Source: Candidatus Cloacimonadota bacterium
GTDB taxonomy: Bacteria; Cloacimonadota; Cloacimonadia; Cloacimonadales; WRIO01
DNA length: 35,254 nt
Assembly: GCA_029564175.1 (NCBI GenBank)
Contig: JAKQQL010000350.1
Location: 1 to 35,254, forward strand
Reading direction: 5' to 3'
Shown here: positions 1 through 11,600 of the stretch, one piece after another
How positions within the stretch are numbered: position 1 is the first letter of the stretch
Layout: each line of letters starts with the position of its first letter
Position numbers and translations under genes: made by a program
Notes under the pieces: generated by a model
Databases searched by the model: none
Seen by the model: the letters and a program-made list of their open reading frames with translations, nothing else
What the model was told of the DNA's origin: nothing

Positions 1-15
1 AAGCCGGTTAAATTT

Positions 16-2481
16 TTGTCTAACTTTTCGCTTCAGCGAAGCATAATAATCGGCGGCACAATTTCCGTCCTGATACCCTTTGCTATTACGGCGGGACTTC
101 TTTACACCAGACTTTCAAAAGATCTTTTGAATCAGAGCAAAGAAAAGTCAGCTCTCATCGCAAAAGATCTGGCAGCCTTAGTAGATAACTCTCTTTCAAG
201 CGAAATAAAAATAGTATCAACAATATCAGCAGACAGAAATATCATCAACGAACTTAATTCGGGCAATTACAGCAGACTCCGCGACAATCTTTCATCAATG
301 TTCAATGAAATCGGTTACGATTACATATCTTTTTTTATTACCGACCGCAATGGAATTATAAAAGTAGATTTGCCCGAAGGTGTACGAATAGGAACAGACT
401 TATCTGACAGAAGCTATTTTTATACAGCCAGGCAAGGGAAAGCAAATATCAGCGACCCTATATTCGTTCGTGGTCCTTCGAGTTCCAAATGGACAGGTGT
501 TCCGATGCTGATAACAGCGGCTCCCATCCGGCTGAAAAATGAATTTATCGGCATGATTGCAATAACGCATGAACTCAACACAATCAGTTCAAAAATGAAA
601 ACAATAAAGCTCGGTGAAACCGGATATGCTTACATAATCAATACCGACGGAATGGCGATAATTCATCCTAATCAGGAATTAGTGATGACAGTTAATGTAA
701 ACAACGAACCGGGCATGAAGCATATTGCGAAATGGCTGAAAGACATGAAACCGCTCGCCGGAAATTATTCATTCCGCGGTAAGGAGAAAATTGCAGGTTT
801 CGCTCCACTGAAAACTAAAAACTGGTTTATAATTTTTACACAAGACCGCGATGAAATAATGAAACCCGTAAATAAAATGCTGATAAGCATCATGATAATT
901 GCTTTTTTTTTCGTCGGCATGGCAATAATTTTAATAATATTTTTCTCAAGGAGAATCAGCTCTCCTGTTGAAAAATTTGTGGATATACTTCATCAATTTA
1001 CTACTCATACAAATGAGTTTGTTCTCGGAATAGGTTCAGATAAAAAAATCATGTTTGCAAATCCTTCCGCATCACTTTTTTTCGGAAAGACAATCGAAGA
1101 ACTCATCGGAACAGACCCCGTTTATAATTTCACAGAAAGTAATAGCGATCAGGAAATATGGGAAAAACTTGACAGCGGAATACCGTGGACAGGACGGATA
1201 AGTCCGCAAACGGACAATCAGAAAGATAAAGTATTTGAAATAACAATTATACCGGTAAAAGATAACAAAGGTATTGCTTTCGGCTATCTGGAATTCGGAA
1301 GAGATATTTCAAATGAAATTAGTCAGGAAAAACGAATAAATCAGGCTCAAAAGATCGAAGCAATCGGCACACTCGCAGGCGGAATAGCTCATGACTTCAA
1401 CAATATTCTAACAGGTATTTACGGATTTATTGATTTAACTCTTCTTACGCTTGATAAACCTGATGAAGCGAAAAAATATCTGCAGGAACTCGAGAAAGCC
1501 GCAAAACGTGCAGGAGATCTCGTAAGACAAATACTTACATTCAGCCGCCACACAAAATCCGAATTGCGCGCAATTATACCGAAAACAATTGCAGAAGAAG
1601 TAATTAAACTTATTCGCGCTACAACGCCTGCGGAAATTTCTATTGAAACCAAACTTGAAAGCGAAACAGCAATAATGGCTGATCCGATCCAGATACATCA
1701 GGTAATGGTAAACCTCTGCACTAATGCAATACATGCTATAGGAAACAGCCACGGAATAATCAAAATAGAAATTAAAGACATAATTATAGACAGACTCTTT
1801 GCAGAAAATCATCCCGGCTGCAATCCCGGAAAACATGTTATTATAAGCATTTCCGACAGCGGATGCGGAATTCCCCCTGAAATTATGGATCATATATTCG
1901 ATCCTTTTTTTACAACAAAAACGAACGGAAAAGGAACCGGACTCGGATTATCTGTCGCCCATGGAATAATTCATAGTATCGGCGGAATAATAACAGTTTA
2001 TAGCGAACCAGGCAAAGGCACGGCATTCAATATTATCATCCCTGCAGCCGCCCCTGCTTTAAAAGAAACCGAATCTAATGAAAACGCCCTGCTCCCCGGC
2101 ATTGAAAGAATTATGCTGGTAGATGATGAGCACGCAATCGTTAAATCATTATCGAGCATATTGAGAAGTGCCGGATACAGAATTACTGAATTTACAGACA
2201 GCATGCAGGCAGCTGACAATTTTACAAATAATTATCTAGATTACGATATTGTTATAACCGACAATTCAATGCCGAAACTTACCGGAACTGATTTAGCAAA
2301 AGAAATCAAACGGCACAATCCAGAAATTCCGGTAATTCTCATGTCCGGTTTTGTAAACAAAAACATAGAAAACAGCGCCAAAGAACTCGGCGTTGATATG
2401 ATAGTAAATAAACCGATCAGTGCAGTCAAACTGACAGAACTTATACGAAGATTTTTTGATAATAATGGTAGCAATGGATAA
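16..2481 (+). CDS. Hybrid sensor histidine kinase / response regulator (periplasmic Cache-like domain, PAS, HisKA, HATPase_c, C-terminal REC)
   Basis: 821-aa ORF. An N-terminal TM helix, a ~250-aa extracytoplasmic domain and a second TM (MLISIMIIAFFFVGMAIILIIFF) precede the cytoplasmic part. H-box AHDFNNIL, G2 box GTGLGLSV and a C-terminal receiver (LVDDE...ITDNSMP...NKP) follow. Confidence 0.85.
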   Translation: MSNFSLQRSIIIGGTISVLIPFAITAGLLYTRLSKDLLNQSKEKSALIAKDLAALVDNSLSSEIKIVSTISADRNIINELNSGNYSRLRDNLSSMFNEIGYDYISFFITDRNGIIKVDLPEGVRIGTDLSDRSYFYTARQGKANISDPIFVRGPSSSKWTGVPMLITAAPIRLKNEFIGMIAITHELNTISSKMKTIKLGETGYAYIINTDGMAIIHPNQELVMTVNVNNEPGMKHIAKWLKDMKPLAGNYSFRGKEKIAGFAPLKTKNWFIIFTQDRDEIMKPVNKMLISIMIIAFFFVGMAIILIIFFSRRISSPVEKFVDILHQFTTHTNEFVLGIGSDKKIMFANPSASLFFGKTIEELIGTDPVYNFTESNSDQEIWEKLDSGIPWTGRISPQTDNQKDKVFEITIIPVKDNKGIAFGYLEFGRDISNEISQEKRINQAQKIEAIGTLAGGIAHDFNNILTGIYGFIDLTLLTLDKPDEAKKYLQELEKAAKRAGDLVRQILTFSRHTKSELRAIIPKTIAEEVIKLIRATTPAEISIETKLESETAIMADPIQIHQVMVNLCTNAIHAIGNSHGIIKIEIKDIIIDRLFAENHPGCNPGKHVIISISDSGCGIPPEIMDHIFDPFFTTKTNGKGTGLGLSVAHGIIHSIGGIITVYSEPGKGTAFNIIIPAAAPALKETESNENALLPGIERIMLVDDEHAIVKSLSSILRSAGYRITEFTDSMQAADNFTNNYLDYDIVITDNSMPKLTGTDLAKEIKRHNPEIPVILMSGFVNKNIENSAKELGVDMIVNKPISAVKLTELIRRFFDNNGSNG

Positions 2482-2722
2482 AAAGTTCTTACCGGACTTT
2501 TATTGACGGAATATAATTTGAAGATTCGATTTAACGCAGATACTTAATTTTTATTTCCGGAGAAATGTGTCAGGTTAATACCTTCATTGTACACAATTTC
2601 TTTATCCGTTATCTGATTCTGTTATTTTCACAAGATTATTAACAGCATTTTCCGCATTTGCATCACAAACAATTGATACAGAAAATAATATCATCAGAGA
2701 AATCTTTTTTAAAAGTTTCAAT

Positions 2723-4015
2723 TTATAATCTTCTGTCTAAAAATTTCTGAGATTTTCTGCTTAATTCAGGAAATACTATTTTCCGTATAGTTTCACTTTC
2801 TTCGAAAACAATCTTAGGCGCAACTCTCACCTTTGCACGTATCTTATCTTTAATTAATGATTCAATTTTCTGCTGATCCCCTTTTGAATTTACATGAATG
2901 AGAATCTCATCTGTTCCGATTTCATTTGTGAAAACTTCAACATAATAAATGATGACTTCATTAATTGAATCAAGTACATCATACAACGCAGGCGGATATA
3001 AGGTAGTACCTCTGTATTTTATCATATGATGCCGTCTTCCGATGATCGGTCCGAGTCTTAACGTATTTCTTCCGCATTCACATGGAGAAGAAAAATACTG
3101 GCAAAGGTCACCGGATCTGTAACGAAGAAGCGGCATCCCTTCAACACCGAGAGTGGTAAACACCAGTTCTCCTGTTTCACCTTCGCCGACATCATTTCCA
3201 TTCTCATCGATCACTTCAGCAATAATCAATTCAGGATGCAGATGTCCGCCTGTTCCGGCACCGCATTCTGTAAACGATGTTCCTTTTTCTGTAGAAGCAT
3301 ATGTTGAATAAAGCTTAATATTCCATTTATCTGTTATATTTTTTCCGAGAGTATTGTAGCTGAAATCGCTTTTTCTGATATTTTCACCAATGCATATTGC
3401 TTTTACTACTGAAGTTTCATTACAGTCAATACCATTATGTTCTGCATACTCAATCATCTTTAAAATGAAAGAAGGAACTCCGACAAGCGCAGTAGGTTTG
3501 ATTCGTTTAATCGTATCCCATTGAAGTTCAGGAAGTCCGTTACCCACTCTGATAATTCCCGCACCAAGTTTTCTTATGCCGAGAAAGTATGCAAGCCCCG
3601 CCATGAATCTTCTATCAAGAGTGCACATCAGCTGATAGATATCTTCATTTGAACCGTCTGCACATATGAATGATATATATTCGTTATATGCGAGACGGTC
3701 AAGATCTCTGTCAGTCAGAGCAAATGTAACCGGATCGCCTATTGTACCGGAAGTTGTCACATAATCTGAAATCTGATCTTTACTGATGCATATAAAATCT
3801 TCATTGCGGTTATGGAGATCATCTTTGGAAGTAAATGGAATTTTTTTCAGATCTGAAACAGTCTTTATATCAGAAGGATTGATATTATTACGCTGAAACA
3901 TTTCCTGATAAAATTTCGAATTACTGTTAAGATACAAAACAGTCTCAATGAGTTTTTCATTCTGGCATTTTTCTATCTCTTCTGCAGAAGCAAATTCTAT
4001 TTCAGGAATGCGCAT
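2723..4015 (-). CDS. Phenylacetate-CoA ligase (PaaK / F390 synthetase) family adenylate-forming enzyme; probable aryl-acid starter-unit activator
   Basis: 430-aa ORF with PaaK-like N-terminus (FTSKDDL), P-loop-like TSGTIGDPV and C-terminal lysine region. Last gene of the cluster operon. Confidence 0.8.
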   Translation of the reverse strand: MRIPEIEFASAEEIEKCQNEKLIETVLYLNSNSKFYQEMFQRNNINPSDIKTVSDLKKIPFTSKDDLHNRNEDFICISKDQISDYVTTSGTIGDPVTFALTDRDLDRLAYNEYISFICADGSNEDIYQLMCTLDRRFMAGLAYFLGIRKLGAGIIRVGNGLPELQWDTIKRIKPTALVGVPSFILKMIEYAEHNGIDCNETSVVKAICIGENIRKSDFSYNTLGKNITDKWNIKLYSTYASTEKGTSFTECGAGTGGHLHPELIIAEVIDENGNDVGEGETGELVFTTLGVEGMPLLRYRSGDLCQYFSSPCECGRNTLRLGPIIGRRHHMIKYRGTTLYPPALYDVLDSINEVIIYYVEVFTNEIGTDEILIHVNSKGDQQKIESLIKDKIRAKVRVAPKIVFEESETIRKIVFPELSRKSQKFLDRRL

Positions 4016-4030
4016 ATCAACTTCCTTAAA

Positions 4031-5689
4031 CTATTTTTTCTCATCACATTTCAAGATCGATTCCTCAATCTTTTTACGTTCGGACAATCGTGCTATTTCT
4101 TTAGTCATAGCAGTAGAATAATATTTTTTGGCATTAACAAAATCATTACGCGAATAATAATAATCACCGACCAGCTGATATACCAGATACATTTGCTGAT
4201 TTGTTTTCACATACAAGTCAATTTCCGCATCCGCAAATACATTTCTATTACTAATTGCAGATTTAATAACACCTGTTAAGCGCTTATATTCCATTGCATC
4301 TGAAAATTGTTTCGTTATTAAAACTCTACTTTCTCCAATCTGTTTATCAAACTCATTTATCTCTTTATCCTTCTGAAGTTTTGCGAATTTTGAAAATACT
4401 TTCTTCAGATCATATGCGGCATATTTTCCGAATTGATACGGAGATGTTGAAACCCAGACAATAAGATCTTCCGGCTTAAAAATAATCGAATGATGAGCAA
4501 GGAGCTGATTAATCGTCTTTTCGTTTCCTTTACCTATATCAGCGCCGTTCTTTCCGTTCATATCACGCAATATATCCGCGACGTCATCAACTTTCATCCC
4601 TTTCTTTCCTGATATCATCTCATTAACACGGTCGAACCTGTAGACGGATGACTCTTCCTGAATGGGAGCCTTATTCTTTAGAAAATGATTTGTTGAGATT
4701 ATAAGATCATTCCCTGTATCATAAATATCAGTTTTATCGGGCTTCTTTTCAATTATAATTGTTTTCTTATCTTTTGCAGATCCGATCATTATTGATTCCG
4801 CTACAAATGATTTTCTTTTTGAGGCTATTGAATACGCCTCGTCAATATTTTGTGAATACTGCAGTATTTCTCTGGCAATTAATGCTATAGGTGTCGCAAC
4901 AGATTTCGGTATATCATTTTCAGCTGCATTTATCGTGACTGTCAATCCGGCTTCATTCATTCCGGAAACCACACCCGTCATTCCGCCCCAAGTGACCATC
5001 ATATATTTATAACCTGATGACGGCGCGTAAAACGCTACGATCTTGTCTTTCGCAAAATCATCACCCATATTGAAATCGAAATTACGGCCGATAAGCATCT
5101 TCCCATCTGAAGTATATGAACCTTTTACTGAAAATGATGTACATCCTACAAGATGCATATTTACCAAAGCATGTCCTATATCATGAGCTCCGTGATAATT
5201 AAGCATTCTCTGATATTTCGGTCCGATATAGTCATATGCATCAGGTGCCGAACGTGATATTCCGTATATTTCTGAAAGATATTCCTGTTTGATATATTTA
5301 TCCAGATCACGATTAAACCATGCGACAAATACTTTTAAAATATTCAGATACGTGTCTGATGGAATCATCACCTTAATCTGATCAATAAAATATTTCTCCT
5401 GAAGACCTACAAGTGTTGAAGATAACTTCCCGGCTGCAACTCCTCTCTCATACGGGTCACCTTCGATATACATCTCCCATAAGCCATTTTCGCTTTTCCT
5501 GATTCTGCTTTTCCCGAATGAATACAGGGATCCGTTTATCAAAACAGGGGATTCTTTTTCAATAGATCTATTGTCCGGTGCAGGCTCATGCAGCATTACT
5601 GAAAAATACAGATAAACAAAAAAAACAACAGTCAATACAGCAAAACCTGCTGAAGAGTATTTTGCAATTTTAAGAAATCTTCTACGCAT
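4031..5689 (-). CDS. Peptidase C45 / acyl-CoA:6-aminopenicillanic-acid acyltransferase-like Ntn protein with C-terminal TPR-like tail
   Basis: 552 aa. N-terminal signal/TM, GCTSF motif (Gly-Cys autoproteolytic site of the isopenicillin-N acyltransferase family) and a C-terminal Tyr-rich TPR-like segment. Confidence 0.6.
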   Translation of the reverse strand: MRRRFLKIAKYSSAGFAVLTVVFFVYLYFSVMLHEPAPDNRSIEKESPVLINGSLYSFGKSRIRKSENGLWEMYIEGDPYERGVAAGKLSSTLVGLQEKYFIDQIKVMIPSDTYLNILKVFVAWFNRDLDKYIKQEYLSEIYGISRSAPDAYDYIGPKYQRMLNYHGAHDIGHALVNMHLVGCTSFSVKGSYTSDGKMLIGRNFDFNMGDDFAKDKIVAFYAPSSGYKYMMVTWGGMTGVVSGMNEAGLTVTINAAENDIPKSVATPIALIAREILQYSQNIDEAYSIASKRKSFVAESIMIGSAKDKKTIIIEKKPDKTDIYDTGNDLIISTNHFLKNKAPIQEESSVYRFDRVNEMISGKKGMKVDDVADILRDMNGKNGADIGKGNEKTINQLLAHHSIIFKPEDLIVWVSTSPYQFGKYAAYDLKKVFSKFAKLQKDKEINEFDKQIGESRVLITKQFSDAMEYKRLTGVIKSAISNRNVFADAEIDLYVKTNQQMYLVYQLVGDYYYSRNDFVNAKKYYSTAMTKEIARLSERKKIEESILKCDEKK

Positions 5690-7196
5690 TGCGCACCTTT
5701 CTAATTATATTATTAAAACCTAATATCTCACCGCAGGTTAAAAGAGAACATATGGTTACACCAAGAACTCCATGAATACTAATATTTTGTCCCGTCATAT
5801 AAAGATTTGGAACCTTTGTTTTAGCGGGAATATAAGATGCCAGCGGATCATTGCAGTCTTTCATAACACCGTAAATTGAACCGCGGTATGTCCCGGTATA
5901 ATCACGATAAGTAAGAGGTGATGAAGTATAATAATTTTTTATTTTAGACCTGAAACCCGGGAAACGCTCTTCAACACTATCAAGCAGCTTTTCTGCTTTC
6001 TCTTTTTTAAAATCCCGGTAATCATCACCGCGCTGTTCAATATATGAATCATTCCATTTCTCTACATCATCATAACTCATATATGTCATAATAATTCCGC
6101 AGTCCGCCCAAACGTCAGATTTTGATGAAGCGGGTGTAAGCAGCATGTATCCTTTCGGCCATGTTTTATCATTATAATCCATTCCGCTCCATATATCATC
6201 TGTACCATAACAATAATAGTTGTGATTCATATACTTAAAACTGTTTTCTTTAAAAGAAGCGTATAAACAGAATGTTGATGGAGTATTCGGTGCTGATGAA
6301 ACCCGGCTGCGGTATGCATTTTTTATAAAAGATGAATCAGTCATCTTCAAGGTTTCTGCCGGATGAATATTTGATATGAAGCGTTTTCCTTCGATAACAT
6401 CTCCGTCAGCAGTTTTAATACCTGAAATTCCTTCCGGACTTGATATAAACTCGACAACTTTTTTTTTCGTTAATACAGTTCCGCCATTATTCCGTATTTC
6501 ACCTGCAAGAAGTGACGCAAGCTGATCTCCTCCGTCAACAAAACGGTATGCGCTTTCTATGAAATGATTATTGATTACTGCATGAATATAAATCGGAGAA
6601 ACATTACGCTCTCCGGCATAAAGAGGATTTGTTCCTCCGAGAATATTTCTTAACATTAAATTATCAGTACAGGAATCAATAAAACCTGAAGCACTCTGCA
6701 TCAGATATTCACTGCTTATAATATTCATCGCACTGTCAATTTCACGCAGATTATAAGGCTTGAGCGATGATGTAATTTCTTTAATCTTCGAAATATATTT
6801 ATCAAGTGCAGCTGCTTCTTCAGGAAAATATCCAAGCATTGTTTCTTTAAATCTGTCATAACCTGTTGCATAATCGTAATTTTTTGAATCATCATGAAAA
6901 TTGATACGGTGAAAACATCCGTCATCAAGCTTCTTCAGTTTCAGTTTATCCATTACATTGAAATATTTAAACAGTTGATTCAGCACCTGACCGTCATCCA
7001 TGCTTCCAATATAATGCATCCCCGTGTCGAATACGCAATTGTCTCTTTTAAAAGTCTGCAGACATCCGCCTATCTGAAAATGTTTTTCGACAACGCATAC
7101 ATTCAGACCTTCTTTTGACAGAATACATCCGCAAGCAAGACCTCCAAGTCCGCTGCCAACAATCACGACATCATAATTAGACATTTTATAATCCAT
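5682..7196 (-). CDS. FAD-dependent oxidoreductase, phytoene-desaturase (CrtI) family, paralog 2
   Basis: 504 aa. N-terminal Rossmann dinucleotide motif VVIVGSGLGGLACG...VVEK. Paralogous to the upstream gene. 8-nt overlap with the downstream gene. Confidence 0.75.
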   Translation of the reverse strand: MDYKMSNYDVVIVGSGLGGLACGCILSKEGLNVCVVEKHFQIGGCLQTFKRDNCVFDTGMHYIGSMDDGQVLNQLFKYFNVMDKLKLKKLDDGCFHRINFHDDSKNYDYATGYDRFKETMLGYFPEEAAALDKYISKIKEITSSLKPYNLREIDSAMNIISSEYLMQSASGFIDSCTDNLMLRNILGGTNPLYAGERNVSPIYIHAVINNHFIESAYRFVDGGDQLASLLAGEIRNNGGTVLTKKKVVEFISSPEGISGIKTADGDVIEGKRFISNIHPAETLKMTDSSFIKNAYRSRVSSAPNTPSTFCLYASFKENSFKYMNHNYYCYGTDDIWSGMDYNDKTWPKGYMLLTPASSKSDVWADCGIIMTYMSYDDVEKWNDSYIEQRGDDYRDFKKEKAEKLLDSVEERFPGFRSKIKNYYTSSPLTYRDYTGTYRGSIYGVMKDCNDPLASYIPAKTKVPNLYMTGQNISIHGVLGVTICSLLTCGEILGFNNIIRKVRNA

Positions 7197-7199
7197 CCA

Positions 7200-8687
7200 T
7201 TATTTAATTCCTATTTTTTGCATAAGTGAATCAAGCCCCAGTATACTGCCGCAGGCAACAATTGAATTTATCGTGACGCCAAGTACACCATGAAGACTCA
7301 CATTCTGTCCCGCTAAAAACAGATTCGGTATTTTCGTTTTAACTGAAAGATGGGAACGCATAAAATCTTTTGAATCATGAAATATTCCATACATCGATCC
7401 GCGTACTGTTGCCGTGTAATCGCGATAAGTGAGAGGTGTTGAAGTATAATATGAATCAATCATGCCGGAAAATCCTGGAAATCTTTCCTCGATAAGCTTA
7501 ATCAGAGCTTGTGCTTTTTTCTCTTTAAATGCTTTATAATCATCACCACGTTTGCCTACGGAAGTATCATTCCATTTTTCGACTTCGTCATATTTCATAT
7601 AGCAGAGAACATTTACACCTCGAGCCCATTTCCCGTCATCTGTCGGTGAAGCTACAGAAAGAAAAAAGTTTTCAGGCCATACAGCTTCATCATATGATTC
7701 AATAGTCCAGACATTATCATTTCTGTAATGATAATAATTCGATTCTTTGTAAGGAAAAGCATTTTCTTTCATGACGGCATAAAGACCGAAAACTGAAATT
7801 GTATTTTCAAGATTAGCAAGACGTTCAGCATAAGGTTTTCTTATATATCTATTGTCAATCATTCCAACCGTTAAAGATGGATGAATGCAGGAAATGAATT
7901 TATCACCTTCAACAATATCTCCGGAAGAAGTCAAAGCTCCCATTATCAATCCTGAATCATTATGAACATAACGCGTTACTTCATGATTTAATAATATCTT
8001 TCCGGAGTTATTTTCAATAAAATCTGCCAGAAAGTCAGCAATCTGACCGCTGCCGTTTACTATTTTATATGCACTTTCAATATATGAATGATTAACAAGC
8101 GCATGTATATACATCGGTGTACGATCAGATACTCCTGCATAAAGCAAATTGGATCCGGCCAGTACAGATTGAAGTTTTTCATTATCTGTAATTGATTTCA
8201 GAAAAGCGATTGTACTTGTAGTGAAGTAGACTGAATCAGGAATAGTATTCGAGGTATTCATCGAAAATGAATCATTAACCCGCCGAAGAGTTTCACAGTA
8301 TTTTTTTATGGCGTTTTTTTCATTAGGAAACTCAGCAGTTAAAATTTCCTGAAATTTATCATATCCTACAGCATGATGAAATTCTTTTCCGTCACTTCCG
8401 AAAGAAATAATGTCATATGCATCAGAATTCATTCTTGTAAAATTAAGAACATCCATCAGACCTAGATAATTAAAACACTTCTCAAGAATCTGTCCTTTAT
8501 CCAATGATCCGATATAATGCACTCCGGTATCAAAAACCACGCCCTTTCTTTTAAAACTCTGAAGACATCCGCCGATAAGTGAGTTCTTTTCAAGAATACA
8601 CACTTTCAATCCGTTTTTAGCGAGAATAGATCCACATACAAGTCCGGAAAGTCCGCTTCCGGTAATTACAACATCATACTTTGCCAT
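7200..8687 (-). CDS. FAD-dependent oxidoreductase, phytoene-desaturase (CrtI) family, paralog 1
   Basis: 495 aa. VVITGSGLSGLVCG...ILEK dinucleotide fold and a conserved C-terminal GQN.S.HGVLG motif shared with its paralog. Confidence 0.75.
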   Translation of the reverse strand: MAKYDVVITGSGLSGLVCGSILAKNGLKVCILEKNSLIGGCLQSFKRKGVVFDTGVHYIGSLDKGQILEKCFNYLGLMDVLNFTRMNSDAYDIISFGSDGKEFHHAVGYDKFQEILTAEFPNEKNAIKKYCETLRRVNDSFSMNTSNTIPDSVYFTTSTIAFLKSITDNEKLQSVLAGSNLLYAGVSDRTPMYIHALVNHSYIESAYKIVNGSGQIADFLADFIENNSGKILLNHEVTRYVHNDSGLIMGALTSSGDIVEGDKFISCIHPSLTVGMIDNRYIRKPYAERLANLENTISVFGLYAVMKENAFPYKESNYYHYRNDNVWTIESYDEAVWPENFFLSVASPTDDGKWARGVNVLCYMKYDEVEKWNDTSVGKRGDDYKAFKEKKAQALIKLIEERFPGFSGMIDSYYTSTPLTYRDYTATVRGSMYGIFHDSKDFMRSHLSVKTKIPNLFLAGQNVSLHGVLGVTINSIVACGSILGLDSLMQKIGIK

Positions 8688-8690
8688 AAA

Positions 8691-11600
8691 TCACTGCTTC
8701 TTCAATATGTATATTTCATTCGATGTTTTAATCGATTTGTCATATATTTCAAATGAAAAGTTATTTGCTGAAGCAGTTTCTTTTATGAGACTTCTTGAAA
8801 TGAAAAACATGTTTTTATATTTTGTTTTATTGAACTTCAAACGTGTTGAAAATATTTCAGAAACACGTGTATAAAAATGTCTTCCGGACAGATCTTTATT
8901 CGCATCCCTTATAATGATCATACCATCTTTATTCAATTTACTCATGCATTTCACAATAAGATTTACCTGAACATCAGAAGGCATATAATGAAGCATGTCA
9001 CTCATAATAAAAACATCACTTTCCGGGAACTGATAACTGACAGCGTCTGCAGATTCAAATGATACATTCAGATCCGGAATTGTAATATTTTTCGCAACGT
9101 TAATTTTTTCACTGTCATAATCGATTCCGGAAATAATACGGTCATTAGATGCGAGAGCCAGCATATACGAAAGAAAACCATAACCACATCCGATATCAAC
9201 TATTGAAGCATTATCAGGTATAATCGAATTTAAGAATTCATAGTTTTTTTCAATTTTAAGCTTGATACGCATATACCATTCGAGTATTGGATCTTTATAA
9301 ATATATTTATCCACAAGAAATTCCGAAAAATATTTCGGGACTTCCCTTTCTTTACGGATTTTAACAAATTCATCAGAAATAATTCTACGTATTGATTTTG
9401 ATTTTTCTGAATAACCCGGAGCAGCATCAGAATTATTGAACGATATTCTCTTATTAATTTTTATTAATGCTGATCCGCTGTAAATCGCAAGAGTATTCTT
9501 TCTGATTATATCACCGGTTCCATGAATAATCAATGGAATGATATCCAGATTAAGTTTATCAGCCAGAAGAAATGCTCCCTTTCTGAAACGTCCCACAGAA
9601 GCGTTTCCGGAACGCGTTCCTTCCGGAAATACAAGAATGGAATATCCGTCCTTAACTCTTTCTTTAAGATCGTCTATATAATTTTCTATTCCGGCAGTTG
9701 CAGGAAAATATCCGGCAAGACGGACTACTAAACCCATAATATGCGACTTCCAGACCCATTCTTTAGTGAGAACAATTATTTTAGGAGAAAGAGATAAAAT
9801 AAATATTATATCCAGCATCGACTGATGATTAGCAATAATAACTCCCGGTTTTTTAAATGTCTCATTATGAACATTTTCAACTTTAAAATTAGAATACAAA
9901 GGAAATATAATAGAATATCTGCTAAGAAATCTGCATGAATACATTATCATCAATGAAAATATCCGCTGTCGTCTTTTTTTACCGAGAGGTAAAAGCTGCA
10001 TCAGCATTCCTGAAAATGCGAGATTCATGCATCCGAGAACAAAAAGAAAATATATAATTGAGCTGTTAATGATAACAGAAATCTTTAAAGGTCTGATGCT
10101 GTGCTTTCTTTTTACAATAAATTTAAAAAGCAAAGGTGGAATGATATTTGAAATTATATAAACTGAAAGTATTCCGATCGAGGATATGACAGCAATTGAT
10201 TTCAGTGCAGGATGTTTAGCAAAAAATAAAACTCCCATACCGGTAATATTAGTAAGTGCTGAAAAGAATATTGATTCCCTGCTTGATTCAAGACCATGAC
10301 CGCCGAACCGGTATTGGTGAATAAGACCTTGTATCATAATTATACTGTAATCAACACCAAGTCCGAATATTATCGATGAAATTATTATATTGAAGATATT
10401 AAATTTTATACCGGTCATTCCCATTAAACCCAGAATCCAAACCCAGCTGAGCGCAATAGGAATAAATGATATTGCTGCAAGCTCAAATCTCCCGAGAAAA
10501 ATTAAAAGTATTGTAAAAATCAAAACACTGTCTATAATAGAAAGAGAATTAAATTCAGCTTTAATCATATCTATAAACTTGTTCGTGAGATATTGTTTGT
10601 CGGCAACAATTACATCTGAAAAAGTATTCCGGTCTTTTTCATACAGAGAATAAAACTTATCCATGCTGTTGCGTTCAGCTTTAATCATCGTGACAACACG
10701 TATCTGACCGTTATTCTCTGTAACAAGATCCGGAAAAACCGCATCTTTTAATGTTTTAAAATCTTTTTCACTAATTCTGGAAAAATCTTTTTCCAAAAGA
10801 GCGTAGAATTCAGAAAAGACTCCCGGTTTAAAAGAATATTCCAGTGAAGATGATTCAATGTTCCGCTTCACAGATAATATTCTTTCAGGAGTCCAGAACT
10901 TCTTCCATCGTTCAATTTTTTTATCCTGCTCAGAACCTGAATTTAAAAGCGGGCTTATCGAAATAATTTTTTCAACTGAACCGTTATTCTGAAGCGGTTT
11001 AATAGCATTATATATTAATTCATTTTTTGCCAAAGCTGAATCAAGATTACTGCTTTCTGTAATAAGCATAACCGATTTTTGTTTGATCTTATCAAACATC
11101 GCAAACTTTTTTTCCACCGAAGCAACTTTTTCAGAAGTATAATTCAATTTGATGAGATCATCTTCAAATTTAACTTTAGTAATAAAAAAGGAACAGACAA
11201 TGGTTATAGCAATTACTGCAAGAATCAGCAATTTGCTTTTTTCAAAATCATGACTGAAAAGCCACTTTATATACTTGTTGCTTCGATATCTGTATTCTTT
11301 ATGTTCTTTCAGATCCTTATACCGGTAAAAATGAGGGACAATTATCAGAGAAAAGAAAGCTGCTCCGATCATATTGAAAACCGCAAAAAGACTTAAATCT
11401 TTCAGCATATCAGATTTAACCAAGTATAGGCAGAGAAATCCTGAAACGTTTGTTGCACAGCACATAACCACAGGAAAAACAGTTTCCTTGAATTTAGAAC
11501 GCTCCGGATGCATTGATCTGAAATGCGTACTAACATGTATTGCATAATCGATCATGATTCCGAGTAAAGCCGAACCAATACCAAGTGAAATCAGAGATAT

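Noticed and set aside
2602-2694. 30-aa minus-strand micro-ORF (MILFSVSIVCDANAENAVNNLVKITESDNG) in the convergent intergenic region
   Set aside because: No RBS or promoter context is recognisable and it is too short to assess. It is probably noise, though a leader or micropeptide cannot be excluded.
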